DNA of 64,000 bases, from positions 13,900-77,899 of the forward strand of contig JAFWBT010000019.1 in NCBI GenBank assembly GCA_017507005.1. The letters are read 5' to 3'. The notes under the pieces were generated by a model. That model was not told the DNA's origin. It saw only the letters and a program-made list of their open reading frames with translations, and did no database searches. A program made the translations under genes and the position numbers. Of this stretch, positions 54,997-64,000 are shown one piece after another. The stretch is from Clostridia bacterium. Its GTDB lineage: Bacteria; Bacillota; Clostridia; Christensenellales; Borkfalkiaceae. Positions within the stretch are counted from its first letter, which is position 1, and the number at the start of each line of letters is the position of its first letter.

Positions 54997-57813
54997 TTAC
55001 AGCACTTTTTTCAAGAATTGTCCCGTATAGCTATTTCCCACCTGCGCCACTTCTTCGGGCGTGCCTTGGCAAACGATTTCACCGCCGCCATTGCCGCCCT
55101 CTGGGCCAAGGTCGATGACGTAATCCGCCGTTTTGATAACGTCCAAATTATGCTCGATAACGAGTACGGTATTGCCGCCCTCGCGTAGCTGTAACAATAT
55201 CTTAATCAGCTTGTCCACGTCGTAGGTATGCAAGCCCGTCGTCGGCTCGTCCAAGATATAAAACGTCTTGCCCGTGGAACGTTTGGAAAGCTCCGTCGCC
55301 AGCTTTACGCGCTGCGCCTCGCCGCCAGAAAGCGTCGTGGAGCTTTGCCCAAGCTTGATATACCCCAAGCCCACTTCGTTCAAGGTCTTTATCTTATTAT
55401 AAATCGTCGGTACGGGCGCGAAAAATTCGCACGCCTCTTCCACCGTCATATCCAGTACGTCCGCAATACTCTTGCCCTTGTATTTTACTTCCAACGTTTC
55501 GCGATTGTAGCGTTTTCCGCCGCACACCTCGCAAGGCACGAAAATATCGGGTAAGAAATGCATTTCTATCTTGATAATCCCGTCGCCAAAACAATGCTCG
55601 CACCTGCCGCCCGAGATATTGAACGAGAACCTGCCCGCCTTATACCCACGCTCTTTCGCGTCGGGCGTCATAGAAAACAAATCGCGGATAGCATTGAACA
55701 CGCCCGTATACGTCGCAGGATTACTGCGCGGCGTTCTGCCGATAGGCGACTGGTCGATAGCGATTACTTTATCAAAATATTCCACGCCGTCCGCGCGCGC
55801 GTATTTCCCAAGCGCGTGTTTCGCGCCGTTGTGCGTGTTCGCGAGCATAGGATACACGATTTCGTTGACAAAGCTCGATTTACCGCTCCCCGAAACGCCC
55901 GTCACCGCCGTAATCAAGCCCACGGGTACGCTGACGTCGATATTTTTCAAATTGTTCTGTTTACAGCCGTACACGCGCAACCACTTATTCGACGGCGTCG
56001 CCCGCACGAGCGGCGTTTCGATTTTCCGTCTGCCCGCCAAATAATCGCCCGTAATCGAGCGCGGCTCGTTCATAATCGCTTCCTGCGTACCGCACGCCAC
56101 CACTTCACCGCCGTGCACGCCCGCTTTCGGACCGATATCGACGATATAATCCGCCGCACGCATCGTGTCCTCGTCGTGCTCTACGACGATGAGCGTATTG
56201 CCTAAATCACGCAAACCCTTTAAGGAATTGAGCAATTTTTCATTGTCGCGCTGGTGCAAGCCGATACTCGGCTCGTCCAAAATATACAGTACGCCCGTCA
56301 GCGCGCTACCTATCTGCGTTGCCAAACGGATACGCTGACTCTCGCCGCCCGACAGTGTCACCGCCGTACGGGTGAGCGTGAGATAGTTCAAGCCGACGTT
56401 GCGTAAAAAGCCCAAACGACTGTTGATTTCTTTGATAATGGCGTCTGCAATAAGGTGTTGCGTCGGCGTGAGCGTCGTAGACAGCTCGTCCATAAAATCG
56501 CACAGTTTGTCCACGGACATTTCGCACAAATCCCAAATATTTTTGCCGCCGACATACACGGACAACGCTTCTTTTTTCAGACGTTTGCCGTTACAGCCAT
56601 CACACGGCGCGTTACGCATCAAGCGTTCGATATCGCTCTTCACGCCGTCCGACGTCGTCGTGCCATACCGACGCTGCATATTGTTGACGTAGCCCTCCCA
56701 TGTCTTTTTGAAACTCCCCGAAAACGAGCGCGTTTGATACGCCATACTCACTTTTTCGTCACTGCCGTACATCAGAATTTCGTAGATACCGTCGGGCAAA
56801 TCTTGCACGGGCACATCCAACGAAAAGCCGTACGCCTTGGACAGTGCCGTCAGCTCCATAAGCGCCATAGAATTAGAACCCAAATTCCAGCCCGTCACTT
56901 TCATTGCGCCTTCGCGCAACGTTTTCGTCTTGTCGGGACAAATCAAATCGGGATCGACAAACTGCTTAAAGCCCAAACCCGAACAAGTGGGACATGCGCC
57001 GTATACGGTGTTGAACGAGAACATTCTCGGCTCGATTTCTTCCAGCGACACGCCGCAATCGGGGCAGGCGTAATTCACCGAATACAAATCCTCGTCCCCC
57101 TCGCAATCGATTACAACTAGCCCTTCCGCGAGCTTTAACGCCGCTTCGAGGCTGTCCGTCAAACGTTTTTGCACGGTGGGCTTTACCACCAGTCTATCCA
57201 CAACGACGGAAATGTTGTGTTTGATGTTCTTTTCGAGCTTGATTTCCTCTTGTAAATCGTACACGATTCCGTCGATTTTCACTCTGCCGTAGCCACTCTT
57301 TTTAAAGCCGTTCAGCTCTTTCACGTACTCGCCTTTTCTGCCGCGCACGACGGGCGCGTTGACGAGGATTTTACTGCCCTCGGGCATCGCCATTACCTTA
57401 TCGCAGATCTCGTCCACCGTTTGCCGACGGATTTCCCTGCCGCACTTTGGACAATGCGGCGTACCTATTCTCGCGAATAACAAACGGAAATAATCGTAAA
57501 TTTCCGTCACCGTACCCACCGTTGAACGGGGGTTACGAGAGGTCGTTTTCTGGTCGATAGAAATGGCAGGGGACAGCCCTTCAATGCTCTCCACGTCAGG
57601 CTTTTCCATCTGTCCTAAAAATTGACGTGCGTAGGAAGAAAGGCTCTCGACGTACCGTCTTTGCCCCTCTGCGAATATCGTATCGAACGCAAGCGTCGAT
57701 TTACCGCTCCCCGACAGCCCCGTGAATACGGTGAGTTTGTTGCGGGGAATCGTGACGTTTACGTCCTTTAAATTGTTCTCTTTTGCGCCTTTTACAACGA
57801 TTTCTTCTTTCAT
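54997..57813 (-). CDS. uvrA: Excinuclease ABC subunit UvrA
   Basis: Two ABC modules (GLSGSGKST and GVSGSGKSS) and zinc-finger CxxC pairs. 938 aa. Confidence 0.97.
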   Translation of the reverse strand: MKEEIVVKGAKENNLKDVNVTIPRNKLTVFTGLSGSGKSTLAFDTIFAEGQRRYVESLSSYARQFLGQMEKPDVESIEGLSPAISIDQKTTSRNPRSTVGTVTEIYDYFRLLFARIGTPHCPKCGREIRRQTVDEICDKVMAMPEGSKILVNAPVVRGRKGEYVKELNGFKKSGYGRVKIDGIVYDLQEEIKLEKNIKHNISVVVDRLVVKPTVQKRLTDSLEAALKLAEGLVVIDCEGDEDLYSVNYACPDCGVSLEEIEPRMFSFNTVYGACPTCSGLGFKQFVDPDLICPDKTKTLREGAMKVTGWNLGSNSMALMELTALSKAYGFSLDVPVQDLPDGIYEILMYGSDEKVSMAYQTRSFSGSFKKTWEGYVNNMQRRYGTTTSDGVKSDIERLMRNAPCDGCNGKRLKKEALSVYVGGKNIWDLCEMSVDKLCDFMDELSTTLTPTQHLIADAIIKEINSRLGFLRNVGLNYLTLTRTAVTLSGGESQRIRLATQIGSALTGVLYILDEPSIGLHQRDNEKLLNSLKGLRDLGNTLIVVEHDEDTMRAADYIVDIGPKAGVHGGEVVACGTQEAIMNEPRSITGDYLAGRRKIETPLVRATPSNKWLRVYGCKQNNLKNIDVSVPVGLITAVTGVSGSGKSSFVNEIVYPMLANTHNGAKHALGKYARADGVEYFDKVIAIDQSPIGRTPRSNPATYTGVFNAIRDLFSMTPDAKERGYKAGRFSFNISGGRCEHCFGDGIIKIEMHFLPDIFVPCEVCGGKRYNRETLEVKYKGKSIADVLDMTVEEACEFFAPVPTIYNKIKTLNEVGLGYIKLGQSSTTLSGGEAQRVKLATELSKRSTGKTFYILDEPTTGLHTYDVDKLIKILLQLREGGNTVLVIEHNLDVIKTADYVIDLGPEGGNGGGEIVCQGTPEEVAQVGNSYTGQFLKKVL

Positions 57814-57860
57814 ACTTTTATCCTTTCAACTCGTACCTGGTATAGGCGTACGGCATTTTT

Positions 57861-59822
57861 TTACTTCCCTGCCTTACGCAATTTCATCTTCAACTGCGCT
57901 ATCTTTTCCCGAATCTCAATCGCGCGTTCAAAATCGAGCTGTCCACTCGCTACTTTCATCAACGCTTTCAGCTTTTCAATCTCGTCGGGAATATCCTGCA
58001 TCTTGATATCGTCGTCCGTTTTCTTCTTCGTGATGTTCAAAGTCGATTTCACTTCCTTGATAATCGTCTTAGGCACGATACCGTGCGCTTTGTTGTATTC
58101 GTCCTGAATTTTACGGCGGCGTTCCGTCTCGCCTATCGCGCGTTTCATACTGTCCGTAATCGTGTCCGCGTACATAATCACGCGTCCTTCGCTGTTACGC
58201 GCCGCGCGCCCTATCGTCTGAATCAGCGCCGTATCGCTACGCAAAAAGCCTTCCTTGTCAGCGTCTAATATCGCTACCAGCTTCACCTCGGGCAAGTCCA
58301 ACCCCTCGCGGAGCAGGTTGATACCGCACAGCACGTCGAATTCGCCAAGACGCAGTCCGTTGACGATATCGATACGCTCCAACGTGTCCACGTCGCTGTG
58401 CATATATTTCACCTTAATCGTGTGTTCTTTCAAAAAGTCCGTCAGTTCCTCCGCCATACGTTTCGTCAGCGTGGTGATGAGCACTCTGCCGCCGTCGTTT
58501 ATCACGCCGCGGATTTCGGAGAGCAGGTCGTCGATTTGCCCTTTCGTCGGCTTTACGGTGATGATAGGATCGAGCAAGCCCGTCGGACGGATCAGCTGTT
58601 CCACTTTTTGCCCTGCCTGCTGTAATTCGTACGGTGCAGGCGTTGCCGACACGCACACAAGCTGCGGCACGCGCGCGTCAAATTCGTCGAACGTCAACGG
58701 CCGATTATCATACGCCGCGCGCATTCTAAACCCGTAATCGACAAGGTTTTTCTTTCTCGATAAATCGCCGTGGTACATAGCGCGGATTTGCGGTATCGTC
58801 ATATGGCTCTCGTCAATGAACACCAAAAATTCCCCCGACGGAAAATAATCGAGCAACGTAAAGGACGGCTGTCCAGGCTGACGTCCGTCAAAATATCGGC
58901 TGTAATTTTCAATGCCGCTGCAATACCCGATTTCGCGCATCATTTCCAAATCGTGTTCGGTGCGCTGTTTCAAACGCTGCGCTTCGAGGATTTTGCCCTC
59001 CTCCTCAAACGCGCGCACTTCACCGCGCAAATCCTCCTCAATCATCGCGAGCGCGCCGCGTAATTTTTCCGTGCCCACCGCGTACTGGCTGGCAGGGAAT
59101 ATCGCCACGTGCGACAGCTCGTTCAGCTTGTTGCCCGTCAGCGCCTCCACTTCGTATATCTTTTCAATCTCGTCGCCCCAAAACTCCAAACGAATCGCCA
59201 CTTCGGAATTGGAAGCAGGGAAAATTTCCAACGAATCCCCGCGCACGCGGAAAGTCGAACGCTTGAAATCCATATCGTTGCGCGAATACTGCAATTCGAT
59301 AAGCTTTCGCATCAATTCGTTGCGTTCCCACTCCATACCCGGGCGCAAGGACAGCGACAAACGGAAATATTCCTCAGGCGCGCCCAGCCCGTAAATGCAG
59401 GACACCGACGCCACCACCAGCACGTCTTTGCGTTCCATCAACGAACCCGTCGCGCTGTTGCGAAGCTTATCGATTTCGTCGTTCATACTCAGGTCTTTTT
59501 CAATGTACGTATCCGTAGAGGGAATATAGCTCTCGGGTTGATAATAATCGTAATACGAAACGAAATATTCCACGCGATTTTCGGGGAAAAATTCGCGGAA
59601 CTCGTTACAAAGTTGCGCCGCCAGCGTCTTGTTGTGCGCGATAACGAGGGTGGGACGATTGATATTTTTAATGACGTTCGCCATCGTGAACGTCTTACCG
59701 CTGCCCGTCACCCCGACGAGCACCTGCGTGCGAATCCCGTCTAAAATCCCCTCCGTCAGCTTTTCAATCGCCTGTGGCTGATCCCCCGTCGGAAGATAGG
59801 ACGAACGTAACTTAAATTCCAT
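57861..59822 (-). CDS. uvrB: Excinuclease ABC subunit UvrB
   Basis: [12 protein letters not shown], a beta-hairpin region, and the C-terminal UVR domain ([11 protein letters not shown]). Confidence 0.97.
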   Translation of the reverse strand: MEFKLRSSYLPTGDQPQAIEKLTEGILDGIRTQVLVGVTGSGKTFTMANVIKNINRPTLVIAHNKTLAAQLCNEFREFFPENRVEYFVSYYDYYQPESYIPSTDTYIEKDLSMNDEIDKLRNSATGSLMERKDVLVVASVSCIYGLGAPEEYFRLSLSLRPGMEWERNELMRKLIELQYSRNDMDFKRSTFRVRGDSLEIFPASNSEVAIRLEFWGDEIEKIYEVEALTGNKLNELSHVAIFPASQYAVGTEKLRGALAMIEEDLRGEVRAFEEEGKILEAQRLKQRTEHDLEMMREIGYCSGIENYSRYFDGRQPGQPSFTLLDYFPSGEFLVFIDESHMTIPQIRAMYHGDLSRKKNLVDYGFRMRAAYDNRPLTFDEFDARVPQLVCVSATPAPYELQQAGQKVEQLIRPTGLLDPIITVKPTKGQIDDLLSEIRGVINDGGRVLITTLTKRMAEELTDFLKEHTIKVKYMHSDVDTLERIDIVNGLRLGEFDVLCGINLLREGLDLPEVKLVAILDADKEGFLRSDTALIQTIGRAARNSEGRVIMYADTITDSMKRAIGETERRRKIQDEYNKAHGIVPKTIIKEVKSTLNITKKKTDDDIKMQDIPDEIEKLKALMKVASGQLDFERAIEIREKIAQLKMKLRKAGK

Positions 59823-59970
59823 TGTATTTTCCTCCTAAAAAGAACTTGCCGCGCGGCGCTTTTTTATGTTCGGCGCATACTTTTCAGTCCCTGCGCCTCG
59901 CCTCGTAAACATTTGTTTGTATTATAGCATATTCCTTGAAAAAAGTAAAGGGTATCACGCAAACTTTTTT

Positions 59971-60327
59971 TTAAAATATCCATTTTAAAATGACACCGAC
60001 GAGAAAGGCGATGACGGCGGAGGTGATTGCCCAACCCAGCTTTAACGCTACGTCCCTCCGTTGTTGCGTGGAACAGCGTTTGTACGCGTAGCCGTTTGCG
60101 CGCAGAGAGATAACGTACATTTTCTCCCCTTTCCGCTCGGAAGATAGCAGCTCGAAATAATCGTCCAAAGTGAGCGCAGACAATATCTTTTCCAGCTCTT
60201 CCTCGGTGTAGTTTCGACGGGGCGGCAGCTGTGCCAACAGCTCGGCAGGGCAAATCAGCCCTATCCCCTTTTCGTGACAAAGCGCGTATACTGCATTCAT
60301 CACTTCACTTTCCCGTTTGCTAAGCAT
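59971..60327 (-). CDS. Small winged-helix-like protein with a C-terminal TM anchor
   Basis: 118 aa. LSKRESEVMNAVYAL... N-terminal half, C-terminal WAITSAVIAFLVGVILKWIF. AAGGAGG RBS. Confidence 0.5.
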   Translation of the reverse strand: MLSKRESEVMNAVYALCHEKGIGLICPAELLAQLPPRRNYTEEELEKILSALTLDDYFELLSSERKGEKMYVISLRANGYAYKRCSTQQRRDVALKLGWAITSAVIAFLVGVILKWIF

Positions 60328-60337
60328 TCCCCCCTCC

Positions 60338-60400
60338 TTTTCAACGCGTACACGGTAGCCTCGTTCTTAATTCAACGCATACCTGCCCTATCCGTTTTCA
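60338..60400 (-). repeat. Dispersed repeat family, two tandem copies (g1, g2) abutting an RBS
   Basis: Minus strand AAAACGGATAGGGCAGGTATGCGTTGAA TTAAGAACGA GGCTACCGTGTACGCGTTGAA AAGGAGGGGGA ATG. Confidence 0.85.
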
Positions 60401-60587
60401 ATAATATAGTATCGTCGAAAAAGTTTTCTTTCATGCGTTTTTAGAGACCTTCCAGCTCGAATATAGCGCGAAAAATGGAAAATCGTGTACTTTTTTCAAT
60501 TATTTTCTTTTGAACACTATCTTTTTTACGGAAAATATGGTATAATATACGCAGAAATTGAAAAACGTTATCCGAAAGGAGGTTTTT

Positions 60588-61430
60588 ATGCCGGCTTTTT
60601 ACGCGCATAAACGTTTCGGCGAGGCGGTAATCGCAACCCTGCCCCCTGCGTTTCAAGAAAATATCCAAAAATATATCGACGCTTTTCGGCTGGGCACGCA
60701 AGGGCCTGATATCCTGTTTTATCACCACCCTATCCGCGCCAATGCCGTGCGGCAAAAGGGCGTTGATTTACACCACCAAAGCGCGGAAGAATTTTTTCTC
60801 ACCCAAGCGCAACGTCTGTTAGAGAGCGACCACGTAAAAGAGCAGGACGGTAATTTAGTGCCTGCATCCGCTTACGCGACGTATATCGCAGGATTTATCT
60901 GTCATTTCACGTTGGACGTTTTCGTGCATCCGCACGTATACGAACGGCAAGCGACAGGCGTATCCCACGGGAAAATTGAATCGGAATTTGATAAATATAT
61001 TTTCCGCAAGGACAATCTGCCTATACGTGGCCATCACGTCGCCAAACAGCTGACAATAGAAAACGGCACGGATACCGCTTGCGCCCTTGCCTTGGACGTC
61101 AGCGCGGATGAGGCGCAGCTCGCGATAAAGACTATGCGAAAAATCAACGAGATGTTTGCCTGCAAGTGCGAGGCTTTTCACGCGCTCGCGCACGCAATAT
61201 TAAAGATTGCGAAAATGGACGAAAAATTCGGGGATATGTTCCTGCATAAAAAGGACGATCCTCGTTGTGACGATTTAAACCCCGTCCTCTATCAAGACCT
61301 CGAGGCGGCGATTCCAAAAGCGGCGGCATTGATTGAAGACTACTTCACACGCCTCCACGAACACGTTGAAAAAGGAAAACTCGACGAGTTTTTCCGTCAT
61401 ATGTATACAGGAGAAAAATGTCATGACTGA
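60588..61430 (+). CDS. Zinc-dependent phospholipase C-like family protein
   Basis: MPAFYAHKRFG... with several His-rich metal-site-like motifs (FYHHP, DLHH, HPH). AAAGGAGG RBS before the ATG at 60588. Confidence 0.6.
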   Translation: MPAFYAHKRFGEAVIATLPPAFQENIQKYIDAFRLGTQGPDILFYHHPIRANAVRQKGVDLHHQSAEEFFLTQAQRLLESDHVKEQDGNLVPASAYATYIAGFICHFTLDVFVHPHVYERQATGVSHGKIESEFDKYIFRKDNLPIRGHHVAKQLTIENGTDTACALALDVSADEAQLAIKTMRKINEMFACKCEAFHALAHAILKIAKMDEKFGDMFLHKKDDPRCDDLNPVLYQDLEAAIPKAAALIEDYFTRLHEHVEKGKLDEFFRHMYTGEKCHD

Positions 61431-62736
61431 AAAGAAGAACAAACTGAACAAGCTGGAAAAGCAATGGATTTTGTACGACGTAGCAAACTCCGCATACACG
61501 CTGCTCGCAACGGCGTTGCTTGCTTTTTATTTCGACTTCCTTTCCCCCTCGAACAGCCTTACCTCGGCGTGGGGCGCGGTGAACGTAATCGTCACGATTA
61601 TCGCCGTAATCCTCTGCCCGATTATGGGTACGTACGCCGATTTTAGTAAAAAGGGCACGATATTCCTGCTCTTTGCACAGATAGGCTTTGTCGGTTGCGC
61701 CGTGATGTCTATTTTCGGCGCGTTCCCCGATTGGAAATATTCCGGCGCGCTCTTCCTCATAACGTACATCATTACGGAAGTAGGCTATACGTCCGCTAAC
61801 GTCTTTTACGATTCTATGCTCTCCGACGTCACGACGGACGAGAATATGCACAAGGTATCCGCAAACGGCTATGCGTGGGGCTATATCGGCAGCTGCGCGC
61901 CCTTTATCCTCTGCCTCGTCGTTTACGTACTCGGCTGGTTGGTATTCCCTGAATACCTCGGGCTTGCGTTCTCGGCTTGCTGTATGATTACGGCGCTTTG
62001 GTGGATCATCTTCACTATGCCGCTCGTGAAAAATTATCAGCAAAAGCATTTCTTACCCAAACCCAAGCACCCGATTAAGGAAACGTTCTCCCGTCTTAGC
62101 AAAATCTTCAAGGAGCTTGCGAAAAACAAGAAAGCGCTGTTCTTCCTCTTTGCGTATTTCTTCTATATCGACGGCGTGCATACCATTATTAAAATGGCAA
62201 TGAGTATCGGCAACGACTTGCAGTTTGAAAACTTTGGCACAATCAAGCTCGTTATTGCATTGTTCGTAACGCAAATCGTCGCTTTCCCCTTTGCGATTTT
62301 GTTCGGCAAGCTCGCCTCCAAGTACAAATCGACCAGTCTTTTAATCGTATGCATTTTGGCGTACACGGCAATCGGTGTACTCGCGGTGTTCCTCCGTCAA
62401 GAATGGCAATTCTGGGCAATGGCTGTCGGCGTGGGTATGTTCCAAGGCGGTATTCAAGCCATGTCCCGTTCGTACTTCACGAAGATTATCCCTGCGGAAA
62501 AATCGGGTGAATTTTTCGGTATTTACGACATTTTCGGCAAGAGCGCGGCTATCCTTGGCGTAGGGCTTATCTCTATCCTTAGTGCCATCTTCCCTCTTGC
62601 GGAAGGCACGTGGATTAACATCAGCTTGATTCCTCTGCCTATCCTCTTTGGACTTGGCCTTGTATTCTTCCTCCTTTCGATGAAGATTCCCGCAAGCGCC
62701 GATTCCCCCGAAGGCGGAAAAATCAAGAAAAACTAA
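61423..62736 (+). CDS. MFS transporter (UMF1/Atg22-like family)
   Basis: WILYDVANSAYT N-terminus and 12 predicted TM helices. 8-nt overlap with the upstream gene. Confidence 0.8.
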   Translation: MTEKKNKLNKLEKQWILYDVANSAYTLLATALLAFYFDFLSPSNSLTSAWGAVNVIVTIIAVILCPIMGTYADFSKKGTIFLLFAQIGFVGCAVMSIFGAFPDWKYSGALFLITYIITEVGYTSANVFYDSMLSDVTTDENMHKVSANGYAWGYIGSCAPFILCLVVYVLGWLVFPEYLGLAFSACCMITALWWIIFTMPLVKNYQQKHFLPKPKHPIKETFSRLSKIFKELAKNKKALFFLFAYFFYIDGVHTIIKMAMSIGNDLQFENFGTIKLVIALFVTQIVAFPFAILFGKLASKYKSTSLLIVCILAYTAIGVLAVFLRQEWQFWAMAVGVGMFQGGIQAMSRSYFTKIIPAEKSGEFFGIYDIFGKSAAILGVGLISILSAIFPLAEGTWINISLIPLPILFGLGLVFFLLSMKIPASADSPEGGKIKKN

Positions 62737-62750
62737 ATATTATTAGCGTC

Positions 62751-62792
62751 AAAAAAAATCAGCGGTGGAGTTAATTCTCCACCGCTTTTTTA
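62751..62792. terminator. Bidirectional terminator
   Basis: AGCGGTGGAG / CTCCACCGCT 10-bp stem flanked by A8 and T6. Confidence 0.75.
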
Positions 62793-62885
62793 TACGTTTT
62801 ATTTGCGTTGTTGCGTTATTTTTCACGCCGCATTTTACAACGCCACTCTTTTATTTCAGCGTTGCCTTATTACAATGTTGCCATT

Positions 62886-63266
62886 TTACAGCGTTGCGAT
62901 AACTTCCACCTCAACGAGCACGTTTTTGGGCAACGTTTTTACAGCTACACAGCTACGCGCAGGGCAAGTCGTAAAATACTTAGCATACACGCCGTTGAAC
63001 GCCGCAAAATCTTCCATATTTGCCAAAAAACAAGTCGTTTTCACAGCTTTTTCATAGCTACTACCAGCGGCTTTCAGCACTTCGCCAAGATTTTTCATCA
63101 CCTGCTCCGCCTGCGCCTCGATCGTCTTTGCTTCCACGTTACCGCTCGCGGGATTGATAGGGATTTGTCCTGACGTGAACACCATATCGCCACAGACAAT
63201 CGCCTGCGAATACGGTCCAATTGCCGCAGGAGCCGTCGCTGTGGATACTTTTTTAATTTCTGCCAT
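62886..63266 (-). CDS. ridA: RidA-family reactive-intermediate deaminase (YjgF/L-PSP)
   Basis: APAAIGPYSQA...FTSGQIP...PARSCVAVKTLP. Confidence 0.9.
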   Translation of the reverse strand: MAEIKKVSTATAPAAIGPYSQAIVCGDMVFTSGQIPINPASGNVEAKTIEAQAEQVMKNLGEVLKAAGSSYEKAVKTTCFLANMEDFAAFNGVYAKYFTTCPARSCVAVKTLPKNVLVEVEVIATL

Positions 63267-63302
63267 TTTTCGTCTCTCCTTTACGATAATTCTAATCTAA
63301 TT

Positions 63303-64000
63303 TTAATCTATCAATTTAAAACCGAAATCGCGAAGCGCTTTTTTAATCTCAGCGATATGCTCGTAATTTCTCGTTTCCAAAACGATACGCAAATAACAGC
63401 CGTTGACGTCCGAGCCTTCGTGCGCTCTTTCGTGATGCACCGAGGTGACGTTGCCGCCAAGATCGGCAATGATACGGGACACGTTTTTCAGCTGACCGGG
63501 CTTGTCCATCAGCTCAATCATCAGCTGGCAATTTCTGCCCGACATCAAAAGCCCGCGCTTGATGACGCGAGAGAGAATCGTCACGTCGATATTGCCGCCC
63601 GAGAGCACACACACCGCTTTTTTGCCTTTCAAATCGATTTTGCCGAACATTGCCGCCGCGACAGCCACCGCGCCTGCGCCTTCCGTTACCAGCTTGTGCT
63701 GTTCCATCAACGCAAGAATCGCCGCCGAAATTTCGTCGTCCGTCACCGTCACTATCTCGTCTACGTATTTTTGGCAAAGCTCAAAGGTAAGCTGACCGGA
63801 TTTTTTCACGGCGATACCGTCTGCAATCGTCGAAACCGCTTTCAATTCCTCAATTTCGCCCTTTTCAACGGCGTTTTTCATCGAGGGCGCACCTGCCGCC
63901 TGCACGCCGTACACTTTCACGTGCGGATTCAAGGTCTTTATCGTATACGCGATACCTGAAATAAAGCCGCCACCGCCAATCGGCACGAGCACTGCGTCCA
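63303..64000 (-). CDS. Threonine ammonia-lyase (dehydratase), 3' part only; continues past the right edge
   Basis: PLP-fold C-terminal half (VPIGGGGFISGIA) and a C-terminal ACT-like regulatory domain. The frame is open to the window end. Confidence 0.85.
   Translation of the reverse strand, partial: DAVLVPIGGGGFISGIAYTIKTLNPHVKVYGVQAAGAPSMKNAVEKGEIEELKAVSTIADGIAVKKSGQLTFELCQKYVDEIVTVTDDEISAAILALMEQHKLVTEGAGAVAVAAAMFGKIDLKGKKAVCVLSGGNIDVTILSRVIKRGLLMSGRNCQLMIELMDKPGQLKNVSRIIADLGGNVTSVHHERAHEGSDVNGCYLRIVLETRNYEHIAEIKKALRDFGFKLID

Noticed and set aside
59823-59970. A LexA (Cheo box, CGAAC-N4-GTTCG) operator upstream of uvrB, and similarly upstream of uvrA.
   Set aside because: Only a half-site (CGAACAT) is present, with no matching GTTC partner at the correct spacing.
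60441-60755. A 104-aa minus-strand ORF.
   Set aside because: It overlaps the promoter, RBS and 5' end of the well-supported plus-strand phospholipase-C-like gene. It has no RBS and no recognisable motifs.

Overview
This is a chromosomal segment with a Firmicutes/Clostridia-type gene order and roughly 50% GC by eye. Almost all genes lie on the minus strand.

The core content is housekeeping, with these blocks:
- yajC, an ABC-2 exporter and tgt
- an amino-acid ABC importer (plus strand)
- a heterodimeric ABC exporter
- cls, a zinc-ribbon gene, and an sbcD-like/sbcC-like (YhaO/YhaN-type) pair
- rubrerythrin, trxA, hisS, hslUV, trmFO, topA, dprA and comM
- rplS
- uvrBA, pyrH, frr, uppS, cdsA, dxr, rseP
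- ylxM, ffh, rpsP, a KH-domain gene, rimM
- ridA and a partial threonine dehydratase

Accessory-looking parts:
- an IS200-type element next to an AT-rich two-lipoprotein islet (29.3-31.3 kb)
- an AT-rich orphan gene followed by a tandem 86-nt repeat (7.6-8.4 kb)
- a two-component/XRE/SHOCT membrane cluster with paralogous 2-TM proteins (33.2-37.9 kb)
- a mutY gene translationally coupled to an HNH-like gene, next to a degenerate FtsK-like protein
- a TPP riboswitch controlling thiT

I found no recognisable defence system, CRISPR array, prophage, or rRNA/tRNA gene.

The most unusual signal is not a gene cluster. It is a dispersed 30-45 nt repeat family with core GGGGCAGGTATGCGTTGAACGCGTTTT and an ATGTCTGCG variant. 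I count at least 12 copies in 64 kb. Most are intergenic, often directly after stop codons. Several full-length copies sit in frame inside loops or termini of rseP, the sbcC-like ATPase, the ABC-2 permease, mutY and cls. All functional calls come from reading the translations and sequence by eye. No searches were run.
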